From a virus, in IMG/VR virus record IMGVR_UViG_3300042509_001467, positions 16,668 through 80,667 of that record: DNA of 64,000 nucleotides, one strand, 5' to 3'. The notes below the pieces were generated by a model. It did not search any database. It was not told the origin of the DNA and saw only the letters and a program-made list of their open reading frames with translations. The position numbers and the translations under genes were made by a program. Positions 1-8,373 of this stretch are shown one piece after another. The number at the start of each line of letters is the position of its first letter. Position 1 is the stretch's first letter.

Positions 1-276
1 TGCTGGCTTTTGGGTCTGGAGCGTCGCAAGGTGGAATTCTTGGCATATTGCATGGCAACTTTCGCGCAAAGATTCATCCCAGTTAGTCCCAGCGATCATC
101 TGTGAAGGCTTATGACAATCCGGGTCTTGCACTCGCATGATGTCCTTCTCAACTAAGTCAAGTACTTTCTTTGCGGATTCTTCGGTATCCTCCACAATCC
201 GCGTTGGGTAGCTTTGACGCAAGAATCTAAGGGCTAGATTCCGGTCGCAAGTTGCAAATTGAAATTCATTTTTCAT
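1..276 (-). CDS. Hypothetical protein, 3'-truncated by window edge (copy of 38323..38613)
   Basis: Lies within the direct repeat; ATG at 276, MKNEFQFATC... Confidence 0.75.
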   Translation of the reverse strand, partial: MKNEFQFATCDRNLALRFLRQSYPTRIVEDTEESAKKVLDLVEKDIMRVQDPDCHKPSQMIAGTNWDESLRESCHAICQEFHLATLQTQKPA

Positions 277-395
277 CGTCTAAAAATTCCTCTGATCCGT
301 TGCCAGATCGTTTGTCGTCGTAGCTCACCGTAGGCGTTGCCGCCGTAAATGTCCGGGCGGTCGCTCATTCGTGGTCCGTTGTACTTCTTGGCGGC
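1..395. repeat. Direct repeat copy 1 (probably extends left of the window)
   Basis: Matches 38338-38732 base for base as far as read by eye; diverges after ...gtacttcttggcggc. Confidence 0.95.
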
Positions 396-455
396 TTCAA
401 TGGCGTCCTTTGGCTTATGGGCGGCTTTTGCTTCGGAGAGTGGAAGGTCTTTCAC
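273..455 (-). CDS. Hypothetical protein (C-terminus identical to 38610..38801)
   Basis: GGAGG RBS, 4-nt overlaps with neighbours, paralog in phage B. Confidence 0.75.
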   Translation of the reverse strand: MKDLPLSEAKAAHKPKDAIEAAKKYNGPRMSDRPDIYGGNAYGELRRQTIWQRIRGIFRR

Positions 456-673
456 TTTGCACCTCCCAATTCCCTAGCTAGTGACTGAGCCATTGCAGCC
501 CAAACGAGGTTTTGACTCTTTGCGCCAAATTCAACGTGGTCAAACATCTCGGGGGCTACCACTTCTTGGATGATCTGCCCGATCTGCTCGTCCGATGGTT
601 CGCTGATCGCTTCGTCGTCAAGGCGTCCGAGTACGGTGCTTTCGAGTTCGGTTGCGGAGTAGGTGCCGATCAT
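452..673 (-). CDS. Hypothetical protein (homolog of 38798..39031)
   Basis: MIGTYSATELE vs MIGTYTATELE; EPSD and FDHVE conserved. Confidence 0.8.
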   Translation of the reverse strand: MIGTYSATELESTVLGRLDDEAISEPSDEQIGQIIQEVVAPEMFDHVEFGAKSQNLVWAAMAQSLARELGGAK

Positions 674-960
674 CGTGCCACCACCTCCAATGTCCCTTCC
701 TCAAAGATTCCCTTCAAGATCACTTCGTACAAGAACGCCTGAGCGTTCTCGGCACTTGGCGGGTACAGGCTTTCCTGTTCGCAATCCAGCGATCCAATAG
801 AGAGTCGGTACTGAGTGACGCTGTACTCTGGATCGTACTCTGCGTTGACGGTGTACTTGCCGATCTTGAACGCTAGTTCGGTGTCGGCGGTGAACCCGAG
901 AACGGAGTCTGGGACTTCGATCACGGGGGTTACTGTTTCAATTACTTCTGTTTTGCTCAT
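670..960 (-). CDS. Hypothetical protein (homolog of 39028..39309)
   Basis: VTP..GF..F.I..Y.V.AE..AQ.FLY..I..GIF..EVVA pattern shared; AGGATA RBS. Confidence 0.8.
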   Translation of the reverse strand: MSKTEVIETVTPVIEVPDSVLGFTADTELAFKIGKYTVNAEYDPEYSVTQYRLSIGSLDCEQESLYPPSAENAQAFLYEVILKGIFEEGTLEVVAR

Positions 961-983
961 CTGTTTATCCTTATCCTACTTAC

Positions 984-1472
984 TTACTCGTCGGTGGTCG
1001 GTTGCATACTAGACTCTGGAAAGTTCAGGTACGCAAATGATTTGTGTAGCTCAATCGCTTTGGCGTCGTACACTCTAGCCGCTTCTTCGGCGGTGTCGTA
1101 TACTCCAAGATATTGCTTCTTATAATCAACCATGATTACTGATTGGAATTTTCCGCTCCCCACTTGGGACACTCCGCGAAATCCAGATTTGGATTGCACG
1201 GTTCGGTGTCGCTTCCTGCAATTCTCAGCGTTAGTGCAATTCTGCAAGTTTGCAACCCGATTGTCCAACTTGTCGCCGTTGATATGGTCAGTCTGCAATC
1301 CTTCCGGGGTCATGTTGATAACGCGGTGCATCATGATCCCGAACCCTGGCTTTACCATGCGATAGGCGTAACCCTTGCCAGTAAGCATCCAAGAGTATCG
1401 AGCCAACGGCGCGTACCACTCGTCGTCCACCGTCACGACTAAATCTGAATTGCTGAGTTTGATATGCTTCAT
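984..1472 (-). CDS. HNH endonuclease with C-terminal AP2 DNA-binding domain
   Basis: MHRVI..DHINGDKLDNRVANL..EN (HNH_3 type) followed by SGFRGVS..YLGVYDTAEEAARVYD..LNFP (AP2). Confidence 0.92.
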   Translation of the reverse strand: MKHIKLSNSDLVVTVDDEWYAPLARYSWMLTGKGYAYRMVKPGFGIMMHRVINMTPEGLQTDHINGDKLDNRVANLQNCTNAENCRKRHRTVQSKSGFRGVSQVGSGKFQSVIMVDYKKQYLGVYDTAEEAARVYDAKAIELHKSFAYLNFPESSMQPTTDE

Positions 1473-1474
1473 GG

Positions 1475-1882
1475 TTAGTCCTCCTGGAAAGGATCGTATT
1501 CCTGATCCTGGGCTTTGGCGCGTGGCGCAGCCGCCGCCTTGCTAGGTGCGCCTTCTCCATCTTTCGGTCGGTCTAGCGATTGCACCGAGTCAGCGACAAT
1601 CTCAACGACCTCGCGCTCTGATCCATCCTTCGCCGTGAACTTGCGTGTGGATAGCCGTCCATCAACCGCGACCAGGCGACCCTTACCGACGTACTGGTTC
1701 ACGAACTCGGCGGTCTTCTCCCATGCGGTTACGTTGAAGAAGTCCGCATCTGGTGAACCGTCTTGCGGCTTGAATTTCTTCGTGACGGCGACGTTGAAAC
1801 TCACCACGCTCTTGCCAGTTGCCACTACTCTCAATTCTGGGTCACGGGTTAAGCGACCTACGATTACTACTCTGTTTACCAT
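1475..1882 (-). CDS. ssb: Single-stranded DNA-binding protein
   Basis: NRVVIVGRLTRDPE, GRLVAVDGRL, acidic DPF tail. Start placed at MVNR with GAAGGA RBS. Confidence 0.95.
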   Translation of the reverse strand: MVNRVVIVGRLTRDPELRVVATGKSVVSFNVAVTKKFKPQDGSPDADFFNVTAWEKTAEFVNQYVGKGRLVAVDGRLSTRKFTAKDGSEREVVEIVADSVQSLDRPKDGEGAPSKAAAAPRAKAQDQEYDPFQED

Positions 1883-1977
1883 GCTTATTTGTATCCTTCG
1901 GTTGCCCGATGTAAGTATCTTACCACGTTTTTTCAAATTGTGGGAGTTTCTTATAAAAATTGTGGTAAATTGTTTTC

Positions 1978-2250
1978 ATGCCGAAAAATAGAATCCTAGA
2001 AGCATTTATCGTGAACCCGCTTGAGCCGCGTGATACGCCACTGAACCCTGCCATGTCGGTTCGATCCATCCTATTGTATGCCCTGGAGCGAAACTTCGTT
2101 GGCGAGCTTCATATCAAGTTTGCCACACGTTCAGCAGCCAGCTACACCAGAAAGATGCTGATCGGCGTTGAAGAGTTCAAAGGTTTAGAATTTTGGGGGA
2201 CGAATGAAACTCTTTGCGTCCGAAGACGGTATAATAATATCGGCACTTAG
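1978..2250 (+). CDS. Hypothetical protein, divergently transcribed, probably leaderless (possible regulator)
   Basis: Only + strand ORF in the replication block; TGG-TAAATT extended -10 ends 6 nt before ATG; followed by a terminator. Confidence 0.6.
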   Translation: MPKNRILEAFIVNPLEPRDTPLNPAMSVRSILLYALERNFVGELHIKFATRSAASYTRKMLIGVEEFKGLEFWGTNETLCVRRRYNNIGT

Positions 2251-2289
2251 ATTTTTCACCACCAGAAACCAACAACAGCTAGTACCTTG

Positions 2290-2320
2290 ACCCTCGATCT
2301 TCGGATCGGGGGTATTTTTT
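2290..2320 (+). terminator. Intrinsic terminator
   Basis: ACCCTCGATC-TTCG-GATCGGGGGT then ATTTTTT (cUUCGg loop). Confidence 0.85.
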
Positions 2321-2334
2321 GTGGTTCAGGAGGC

Positions 2335-2364
2335 AAAAGGAAACCCCGGTGGATAAAGCCGGGG
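2335..2364 (-). terminator. Intrinsic terminator (minus strand)
   Basis: CCCCGG-N9-CCGGGG followed by UUUCCUUUU on the minus strand. Confidence 0.75.
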
Positions 2365-2393
2365 CTGTTATTTAGGATAGACCGCGATGAACG
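2335..2393 (-). ncRNA. Candidate ~58 nt small RNA carrying the anti-RBS sequence GUCUAUCCU
   Basis: Extended -10 TGC-TATACT at 2407-2399, short non-coding body, terminator. Confidence 0.45.
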
Positions 2394-2409
2394 GTTTGAG
2401 TATAGCACA

Positions 2410-3855
2410 CTAATTTAGTTCTAGGTATGGGTCTAGCCAAAATTCATGCCCTTCTCGCATAAGTTCTGGTCGGTTCATCGTATCTTTGATCGTCTCCTTG
2501 CCGTAACCCGCGCCTTTGAGCGCGTTCACGATCACGTCACGGTGTACTCTCGCCCCTGTTGGCAAGCTATAGAAGAGGCTCTTGACTATATCCCACGGCT
2601 TTGCCCTATGATCCGCGCCGTGGAGCCATGCCAGCCGTCCAAGGCTAATCTCATGCCCGTCAATGTCAATCTTGTCTGAGAGAATCTCAAAGCTGATTGG
2701 TTTGGATTGTTTGCCGACGTTACACTTGATATGCGCGAGGCTCACGATCTTGCTGCTTGAATCGTTCTCAACCTGGACTAAGGTTAGTGCTGATCTTGCA
2801 ACGTTGAACATCTCCACCGATCCGTAGGGTATCGCGCTAGATGCGTTGGTTAGTCCTGCCTTGCGGCTTTGTGCGGTCGCCTTAGCGACGTGACCTGCTC
2901 CTACCATTGTGCAACCGTGGCGGTGCAAGACCTGAGCCATGCCATTCATGGCGGTTCGTACTGCGATGTCGGTCTGTGCGCCCCCTGCTTGGACTGCCTT
3001 GGCTACAAACTCCCAGAGCGGGTCGAAGTAGCAGAACTTGATCCTCATGTCGCCTATGAACTGGTCGCAATCTTTGATGCCCTTTGGCGTAAAGCCCTCA
3101 AACCATCCAGAGGTCACGGCGACCGTTGCCGGGTCGCCTCCATGAGCAATTAAGCTCGGCTTAATACGTGACTCGGGGCTATCTTCGTTGCTAATCCACC
3201 AGCAATTCATTGGCTCGGCTATTGGTCTGCCTGGAAAGGGGATACCTGCCGAAAGGCAAGCTATCCAGTGCGAGAGTAAGGTCGTCTTACCAGATTCTCC
3301 CTCTGCGCTGAGTAGGGTGATCGCATTCTCGGGTACGTAGTTTGCAACCAGGAAGTTCTGGGGCTTGGCTACGATCTTGTCAGCGTATACGAATGGAATT
3401 GCTTTGCGGGCGTTCGCATTAGCGGTAGCCTCTACATTCTTTGCCCCCTCTGTGACAACCCTAAGACTATCCTTAGTCTCAAAACTCGGGTTAATCAGCG
3501 AGTCAAGCACCTGGTGTCCGAACTCGTCAATACCCCTGCGAGTTGCCTTGTCTTTGACAATCCCGATGTAAGAGGGTAGGTTTTCGGTGCTGACTACGGA
3601 CTCGGCGCGTAGCAATAGGCTCGGGGTGCCACCAGTTTGCTCGTACAGCCCCTTCGCCATGAGCCTCGCCTTCATCACTACCATGTCCACAACGACGCCC
3701 TCGGCGTCTGCCTCAGCGAAGATGTCAAAGTACCATTGGTGCGCCCTCACAAAGAAGTCGGTGGAGGTTAGTTCTTTGAGCGCGGTCTTTGCCGCGCTAG
3801 GCGAGAGCATCATGCACCCAAGTACACACATCTCAGCTTCTTCGGAGTAAATCAA
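2410..3855 (-). CDS. Replicative helicase-like protein: DnaB N-terminal domain fused to an AAA_25/RepA-type RecA-fold ATPase
   Basis: EEAEMCVLGCMMLS..DFF..H N-terminus; Walker A AEGESGKTT; ISNEDS; FDPL; HVAK; GS..MFNVARS. Confidence 0.8.
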   Translation of the reverse strand: MIYSEEAEMCVLGCMMLSPSAAKTALKELTSTDFFVRAHQWYFDIFAEADAEGVVVDMVVMKARLMAKGLYEQTGGTPSLLLRAESVVSTENLPSYIGIVKDKATRRGIDEFGHQVLDSLINPSFETKDSLRVVTEGAKNVEATANANARKAIPFVYADKIVAKPQNFLVANYVPENAITLLSAEGESGKTTLLSHWIACLSAGIPFPGRPIAEPMNCWWISNEDSPESRIKPSLIAHGGDPATVAVTSGWFEGFTPKGIKDCDQFIGDMRIKFCYFDPLWEFVAKAVQAGGAQTDIAVRTAMNGMAQVLHRHGCTMVGAGHVAKATAQSRKAGLTNASSAIPYGSVEMFNVARSALTLVQVENDSSSKIVSLAHIKCNVGKQSKPISFEILSDKIDIDGHEISLGRLAWLHGADHRAKPWDIVKSLFYSLPTGARVHRDVIVNALKGAGYGKETIKDTMNRPELMREGHEFWLDPYLELN

Positions 3856-5627
3856 CGTCCCGCCTTCTTGTTTTCTAGTAGAGATATGAGTTGGCTTGCC
3901 TCGCCCTTGGTCAGCTTTGCAAGTATGCCCTCGTCCACTTCTTTGAATGATCTAATGTACTTGATCTGGGCGGGGCTTGGGGATTCTTTGCGCCATTTCT
4001 GAGCGCGTTTGACTAGCCCGACACAATCAGCCCATCTTGCCTTGATCGTCGCCTCCGCCCTGCCAATAGCCTCGTCCACATCCCTGCCAGCAATAAACTC
4101 CTGGCTATAATCTTTGCTCTCCATGCGTAAATGCCATTGCCCCGTCGCATCCTCTCGGAGCGTTGCCGATCTGCCATTGCCGCATGAGAGGTGCATCATC
4201 TGAACATCTGCGCTTAGATTGATCCACGAGAGACTTGGATTTCCGATCACTTGGTCAGCTACCCTTAGCTCGTCTAAGATTGAAACCTTTTGCAAGGCGT
4301 CGGTCAGAGTAGACATATCTAACTCGCGGTGCATCAGCACCGCTAATGCCTCCTTGCTTATGTCATCCAGAATCAAGAGTGCATCCGCGGTCTTCTTACC
4401 TCTAAGGTCTAGCTTGGGTGGCAACCCTACGATCCCGGCGACGGTCGGCGTCTCTTGCTTCACGTCCTCGCCCTCTTCGTCCACAATCTCGATCACGATA
4501 CACTCAGGTTTGCGGCTATTGCCGATCCTCTGCAAGCGTGTCTTGATATGTTCGCGTGTTTCTAGCCCATCAATGCAACCTGGCTCGGTTCTTAGACCTC
4601 GCCCTACCATCTGGGTATAGAGCGCAAAGCTCTTGGTTGGTCTTAAAATCAGGACGCACTCACAATTTGGCAGGTCTACACCCTCGGTTGCAATCTCCAC
4701 GTTGATCAGAACCTTGACGCGGTTCTCACGAAAGCCCTGCATGACCGCCCTTCGCTCGTCCTTGTGCATCTTGCCATGAACCATCTCAGCGGGTACGCCT
4801 TTAAGCTGAAAGCACTCGGTGACTGCCATAGCGTGTTTGATGTCGCAACAGAAGACGATTGTTTGCTTGCCGTTTGCAACGTCAGCCCATGTATCATAGG
4901 CGAGAATGTTCCTCATGTTGACGTTAATCGCCTCTGAGAGTTGGCTAATGTCGTAGTCGCCCATCAGGGTGCGAACCTTGCGTAAGTCAACGCTTGACTT
5001 GCGGCGATACCCTGCGATGTCGCATAGCCACCCCTCTTTGATCGCGTCGGCTAGGGTCTTGGAGTAGCTGACGACTTGGTATGGGGTTTGATCGTGTCCA
5101 AACAGGGCGCGGTTGTCCATCCTATGCGGCGTTGCCGTGACGCCTATGCTCTGGGTAGAACCGTCTAGGCATCCAGCTTTAAGATAAACCTCTTGGTATG
5201 ACCTGGCTGCGGATCGGTGCGCCTCGTCTGTCCAGACCACGCTTGGAGCGAACCGCTCAACAATGTTAGAGTCTGCCCTGCCTACGCTTTGAACGCTGGC
5301 TACGCATAGGTCAGCACCAAAGTCGCAACGCTCTCCTGCGCCATGCTGGGTGACTTTAACCTCGGGTGCTATGCTTTGTACCCTTGACTTGATTTGCTGG
5401 ATCAGTTCGTCTCTATGGACGATTGCAAGCATCTTGCCATCGTGCTTATGGCGTTGCATCTGCCACGCCATAACGTTGGTTTTGCCTAAGCCTGTGGCTA
5501 GGACTATGAGGCGTCGTTGGAAGCCTTGCTTTCTTGATTTGTCGTCGGCGTCAATCGCCTCTTGTTGATAATATCTAGGGGTCGCCGCCCTCGGTGCCAC
5601 TTCTTCGCCAAACAGTCCTGCCATCAT
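3852..5627 (-). CDS. Superfamily II DNA helicase (DEAH, ResIII/Irc3-like)
   Basis: LATGLGKT, DEAH, TATP, TEGVDLP, QMVGRGLR motifs. Confidence 0.93.
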   Translation of the reverse strand: MMAGLFGEEVAPRAATPRYYQQEAIDADDKSRKQGFQRRLIVLATGLGKTNVMAWQMQRHKHDGKMLAIVHRDELIQQIKSRVQSIAPEVKVTQHGAGERCDFGADLCVASVQSVGRADSNIVERFAPSVVWTDEAHRSAARSYQEVYLKAGCLDGSTQSIGVTATPHRMDNRALFGHDQTPYQVVSYSKTLADAIKEGWLCDIAGYRRKSSVDLRKVRTLMGDYDISQLSEAINVNMRNILAYDTWADVANGKQTIVFCCDIKHAMAVTECFQLKGVPAEMVHGKMHKDERRAVMQGFRENRVKVLINVEIATEGVDLPNCECVLILRPTKSFALYTQMVGRGLRTEPGCIDGLETREHIKTRLQRIGNSRKPECIVIEIVDEEGEDVKQETPTVAGIVGLPPKLDLRGKKTADALLILDDISKEALAVLMHRELDMSTLTDALQKVSILDELRVADQVIGNPSLSWINLSADVQMMHLSCGNGRSATLREDATGQWHLRMESKDYSQEFIAGRDVDEAIGRAEATIKARWADCVGLVKRAQKWRKESPSPAQIKYIRSFKEVDEGILAKLTKGEASQLISLLENKKAGR

Positions 5628-5967
5628 GAATTTCTATCCTTACCGTTCCTTCTTGTTCTCCTGGCACGTATTCGATTGCCGAACCTGAAACGTACTTCAC
5701 GTTATCGTCGGGCAATATCCCTGCATTGACCAGGCTATCCTCCACGATCTTGACCATGTTGCTGAGGTCGCGCCCTTTGTTGACTTTGCCCTCGACTACA
5801 ATCACGATCTTAACCGGGAGTGATGATTTTGGAACGGGGGTAAGGTGCAACTTGAACATCATCGTTGCCTTAGCCCCCCAGTTCCGGTACTCTTCTGATT
5901 TAACTCGCCGCCCGTTCTTGAGTGTGATATTCGCGTGGTTCACGCTCGGGGGCAGCGATAATCTCAC
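5575..5967 (-). CDS. rusA: RusA-family Holliday junction resolvase
   Basis: LPPSVN..RDLSNMVKIVEDSL..GILPDDN. Confidence 0.85.
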   Translation of the reverse strand: MRLSLPPSVNHANITLKNGRRVKSEEYRNWGAKATMMFKLHLTPVPKSSLPVKIVIVVEGKVNKGRDLSNMVKIVEDSLVNAGILPDDNVKYVSGSAIEYVPGEQEGTVRIEIHDGRTVWRRSGTEGGDP

Positions 5968-6611
5968 TTAGGCGCGACGCCCTCAACCAAGTAGCTCATC
6001 ACCTGGTCGCGTGTCTTGCAACCTGCTACCTTTGCCTCGTTAATCAGTGCGTTCGGGGTTGACTTATCGCCAGCTAATTGCTTGATCGCGCCCCATGTCG
6101 CCTTGTCGCCTCCTACCTCTTTGGATAGGAACCAATCGGCTACCGCTTTCGGGTCAAAGGTTGGGAGTGGTGGAGCCTCATGCTCGTCTGAGTCGTCGTC
6201 CTCTAGCCTGATCTTAAACTGCTGGATCATGGCGTACTTGACGCCCTGAGTCCGAGCCTTCTGGATGCACTTGTCATCGGTAGTCATGCACTGACCAGCC
6301 GAGAATACAGAGTGTATTTGCCCTGTCTCCACGCACTCAAAGTCAATCCTTAGCTTGACCATGCAATCGGTACGCTCTTCTGGCGTACCGCTCTTTGACT
6401 TGGTGATCTTGACGTAATCCACGTCAAGAATATGGTTGGTCGAGATGACGCCCTTATCAATCTCTTGTTGCCTGAGAATAGGCTGAACGTCGTACCAGTG
6501 CTGAAATGAGTAAGATACGCCGCCCCCTTCTGCCTTCTTCTTTGCGACTACATCAAAGTCGCGCTCAATCTCCAGCAGCTTCTTTAAAATCCCCGTGGTC
6601 ACGTCCATCAA
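5964..6611 (-). CDS. ERF-family single-strand annealing protein
   Basis: YSF..DV..; DDK.IQKA.T.G.KY...F.I..DD.D motif; homolog of 40842..41522. Confidence 0.75.
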   Translation of the reverse strand: MMDVTTGILKKLLEIERDFDVVAKKKAEGGGVSYSFQHWYDVQPILRQQEIDKGVISTNHILDVDYVKITKSKSGTPEERTDCMVKLRIDFECVETGQIHSVFSAGQCMTTDDKCIQKARTQGVKYAMIQQFKIRLEDDDSDEHEAPPLPTFDPKAVADWFLSKEVGGDKATWGAIKQLAGDKSTPNALINEAKVAGCKTRDQVMSYLVEGVAPK

Positions 6612-6790
6612 TCCTTCTCCTCCACGTAGGTAGCGTTAATGCGTTCCACGCTAATGAATGAGACGTGGTTCTTGCCAAACATGACTTGTGTACCGCGTTC
6701 GGTCGTAAAGTGCCTTAGTTTTGGGTTGTGCGTGGCGACGTAGTTGCCTAGTCGCCTTAATGTTTCTTCAAATGTGTATGTTCTATCCAT
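6608..6790 (-). CDS. Hypothetical protein
   Basis: AGGATAGA RBS, overlaps next gene. Confidence 0.65.
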   Translation of the reverse strand: MDRTYTFEETLRRLGNYVATHNPKLRHFTTERGTQVMFGKNHVSFISVERINATYVEEKD

Positions 6791-6801
6791 GTTCTATCCT
6801 C

Positions 6802-7077
6802 TTACGGCCAGGTTCCACCATCAAGTGCCGCCGTTCGCGTTCCTATTTCTAAAATGTCCGCCTCAAGGGTCGTAATATTGCCCTGGAGGGTCGCAACGTC
6901 TGCCTCTAGCGCGGCAATCGTCGTATCCTGATAGTCAATGACCAGGCTTGCATCTGCGGGGTCAACCGCAAAGATCGCATCGTCAGCCGAGCATACTATT
7001 TTACCGTCAACGAACCTCTCAATGCGATACCTAGTGGCACGATCTGAGCCAACGAAAATCCAATCTCCGACGATCAT
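6802..7077 (-). CDS. Hypothetical protein with C-terminal coiled coil
   Basis: Start at MIVG overlapping the upstream stop; heptads IAALEADVATLQGNITTLEADI. Confidence 0.6.
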   Translation of the reverse strand: MIVGDWIFVGSDRATRYRIERFVDGKIVCSADDAIFAVDPADASLVIDYQDTTIAALEADVATLQGNITTLEADILEIGTRTAALDGGTWP

Positions 7078-7478
7078 AGACGCCACCCTGCCTCTCGCCA
7101 CTTGGCGATAAGGTTCTGGAAGTGTCCGGCGTCTTTGACTTTGAGCATATCGGTCATGATCCGGTCTAAGAAGTCATGCGACTCTTCTGCCGTTACCCTC
7201 TTCCAGTCCCGCATATTCTCTAGCCCTACTTGCGGTCGAAAGATAAAGCCCGTATGGGTGCATCTCAGGGTGATTGTGAACTGGTCTGGCTTCGGCATCT
7301 TCATCTTGATTGCAACCATTTCGACCCCGGCAACCTCAAAAGACTCCATGACCGAGACGGGTATGACCTTAGCCGTGTCCTCCATCCAGTGCAGGTCGCT
7401 CACTCTTGGAACGGGCAAGTACGTCAAACCGTACTTGCCTAACCCTATCTCACTAATGCCCTTTACGATTCCGTTCAT
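7074..7478 (-). CDS. Hypothetical protein
   Basis: Tightly packed in operon. Confidence 0.65.
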   Translation of the reverse strand: MNGIVKGISEIGLGKYGLTYLPVPRVSDLHWMEDTAKVIPVSVMESFEVAGVEMVAIKMKMPKPDQFTITLRCTHTGFIFRPQVGLENMRDWKRVTAEESHDFLDRIMTDMLKVKDAGHFQNLIAKWREAGWRL

Positions 7479-7885
7479 ATTTGCCCCCCGAATGTGTAAT
7501 CCACGTTACCACACTTCTCAGCGATCATTGCTAGTGCTTGCATTAAAACCTGCTCATGCTCTGGCATATCTTTACCTTGTGCGTTATTGACGGTCTTCCA
7601 CCATTCTGAGTACCTTTGATCTATCGCCCTCAGTGCGCGTGGCTCAATCGAGCTTAACCTGCATATCTGGTGCGCTGAGATTCCTAGCCCCTGCGCGAGA
7701 CGGCAAAAGCGGTACTTGAATGGGGTAATGCTACGCCTGGCGCGTCTGCTTGCGGTGTTGTGCAGCTCCCACGGGTACTTCTCGTCGGGGTCATTGTGCG
7801 GGTGGTGGTTTAAGAATTGCTCCCACTCTCCATCATTCATGCTCATGCACAATGCCGTTATGATTTGGTTCGGCATCCCGTTCAT
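7475..7885 (-). CDS. Hypothetical protein (possible HTH)
   Basis: Operon packing; GISAHQICRLSSIEPRAL resembles a helix-turn-helix. Confidence 0.6.
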   Translation of the reverse strand: MNGMPNQIITALCMSMNDGEWEQFLNHHPHNDPDEKYPWELHNTASRRARRSITPFKYRFCRLAQGLGISAHQICRLSSIEPRALRAIDQRYSEWWKTVNNAQGKDMPEHEQVLMQALAMIAEKCGNVDYTFGGQI

Positions 7886-8373
7886 TTTATTCTAAGCACC
7901 TCCGTTTGCTCTCCGAGCTTGACGCCTGGAACGTCCTCACCAGCGGCTAGTGCCGCCTTGATTGCCGTCTTGTCCCAAGTCGGCTCCATCTCCTTCATGT
8001 ACTGGATTGGAATGACCTTTGGGTCTAGAATCTCCAGCGGTGCGGCTCCTGCCTTGCCTACTGTGAGGGTGAAGCGGTTGGTTTGCACCTTTGGTCTATC
8101 TAGTGCGATCATCGCTCCCTTGATCCGCTGCTCCATGAAGTCGGCTAGTTTTTGCACCGCTTTTGCCTTATCTGCAAAGAATTTGGATTCTGCCTTGAAC
8201 TTCTCGGCGTCGCTCTCGGCGTTTCGCATGACGTAAACGCACCCTTCGAGCTTGGTTTCCAGGTCGCCCTCCATGCCCGCCAGGGTGTCGTCGAACGTTT
8301 GCTGGTCAATGTCGCCAGCTTCCAGCATGGCGACCAGTTGTAGATGTTGCTCTGTTATTTCGTATAGGTTCAT
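7882..8373 (-). CDS. Siphovirus Gp157-family protein
   Basis: MNLYEIT..DTL...EGDLETKLEG..; DKTAIKAALAAGEDVPGVKL..LRIK. Confidence 0.88.
   Translation of the reverse strand: MNLYEITEQHLQLVAMLEAGDIDQQTFDDTLAGMEGDLETKLEGCVYVMRNAESDAEKFKAESKFFADKAKAVQKLADFMEQRIKGAMIALDRPKVQTNRFTLTVGKAGAAPLEILDPKVIPIQYMKEMEPTWDKTAIKAALAAGEDVPGVKLGEQTEVLRIK

Noticed and set aside
1-395. Repeat as attL/attR of an integrated prophage or as the terminal repeat of one phage
   Set aside because: No integrase, tRNA or host genes; the repeat lies in coding sequence and is followed by a second phage.
7471-7885. CCGTTCAT match between the sRNA candidate's 5' end and two genes starting ATGAACGG
   Set aside because: Only 8 nt and partly upstream of the predicted start site; could be chance.
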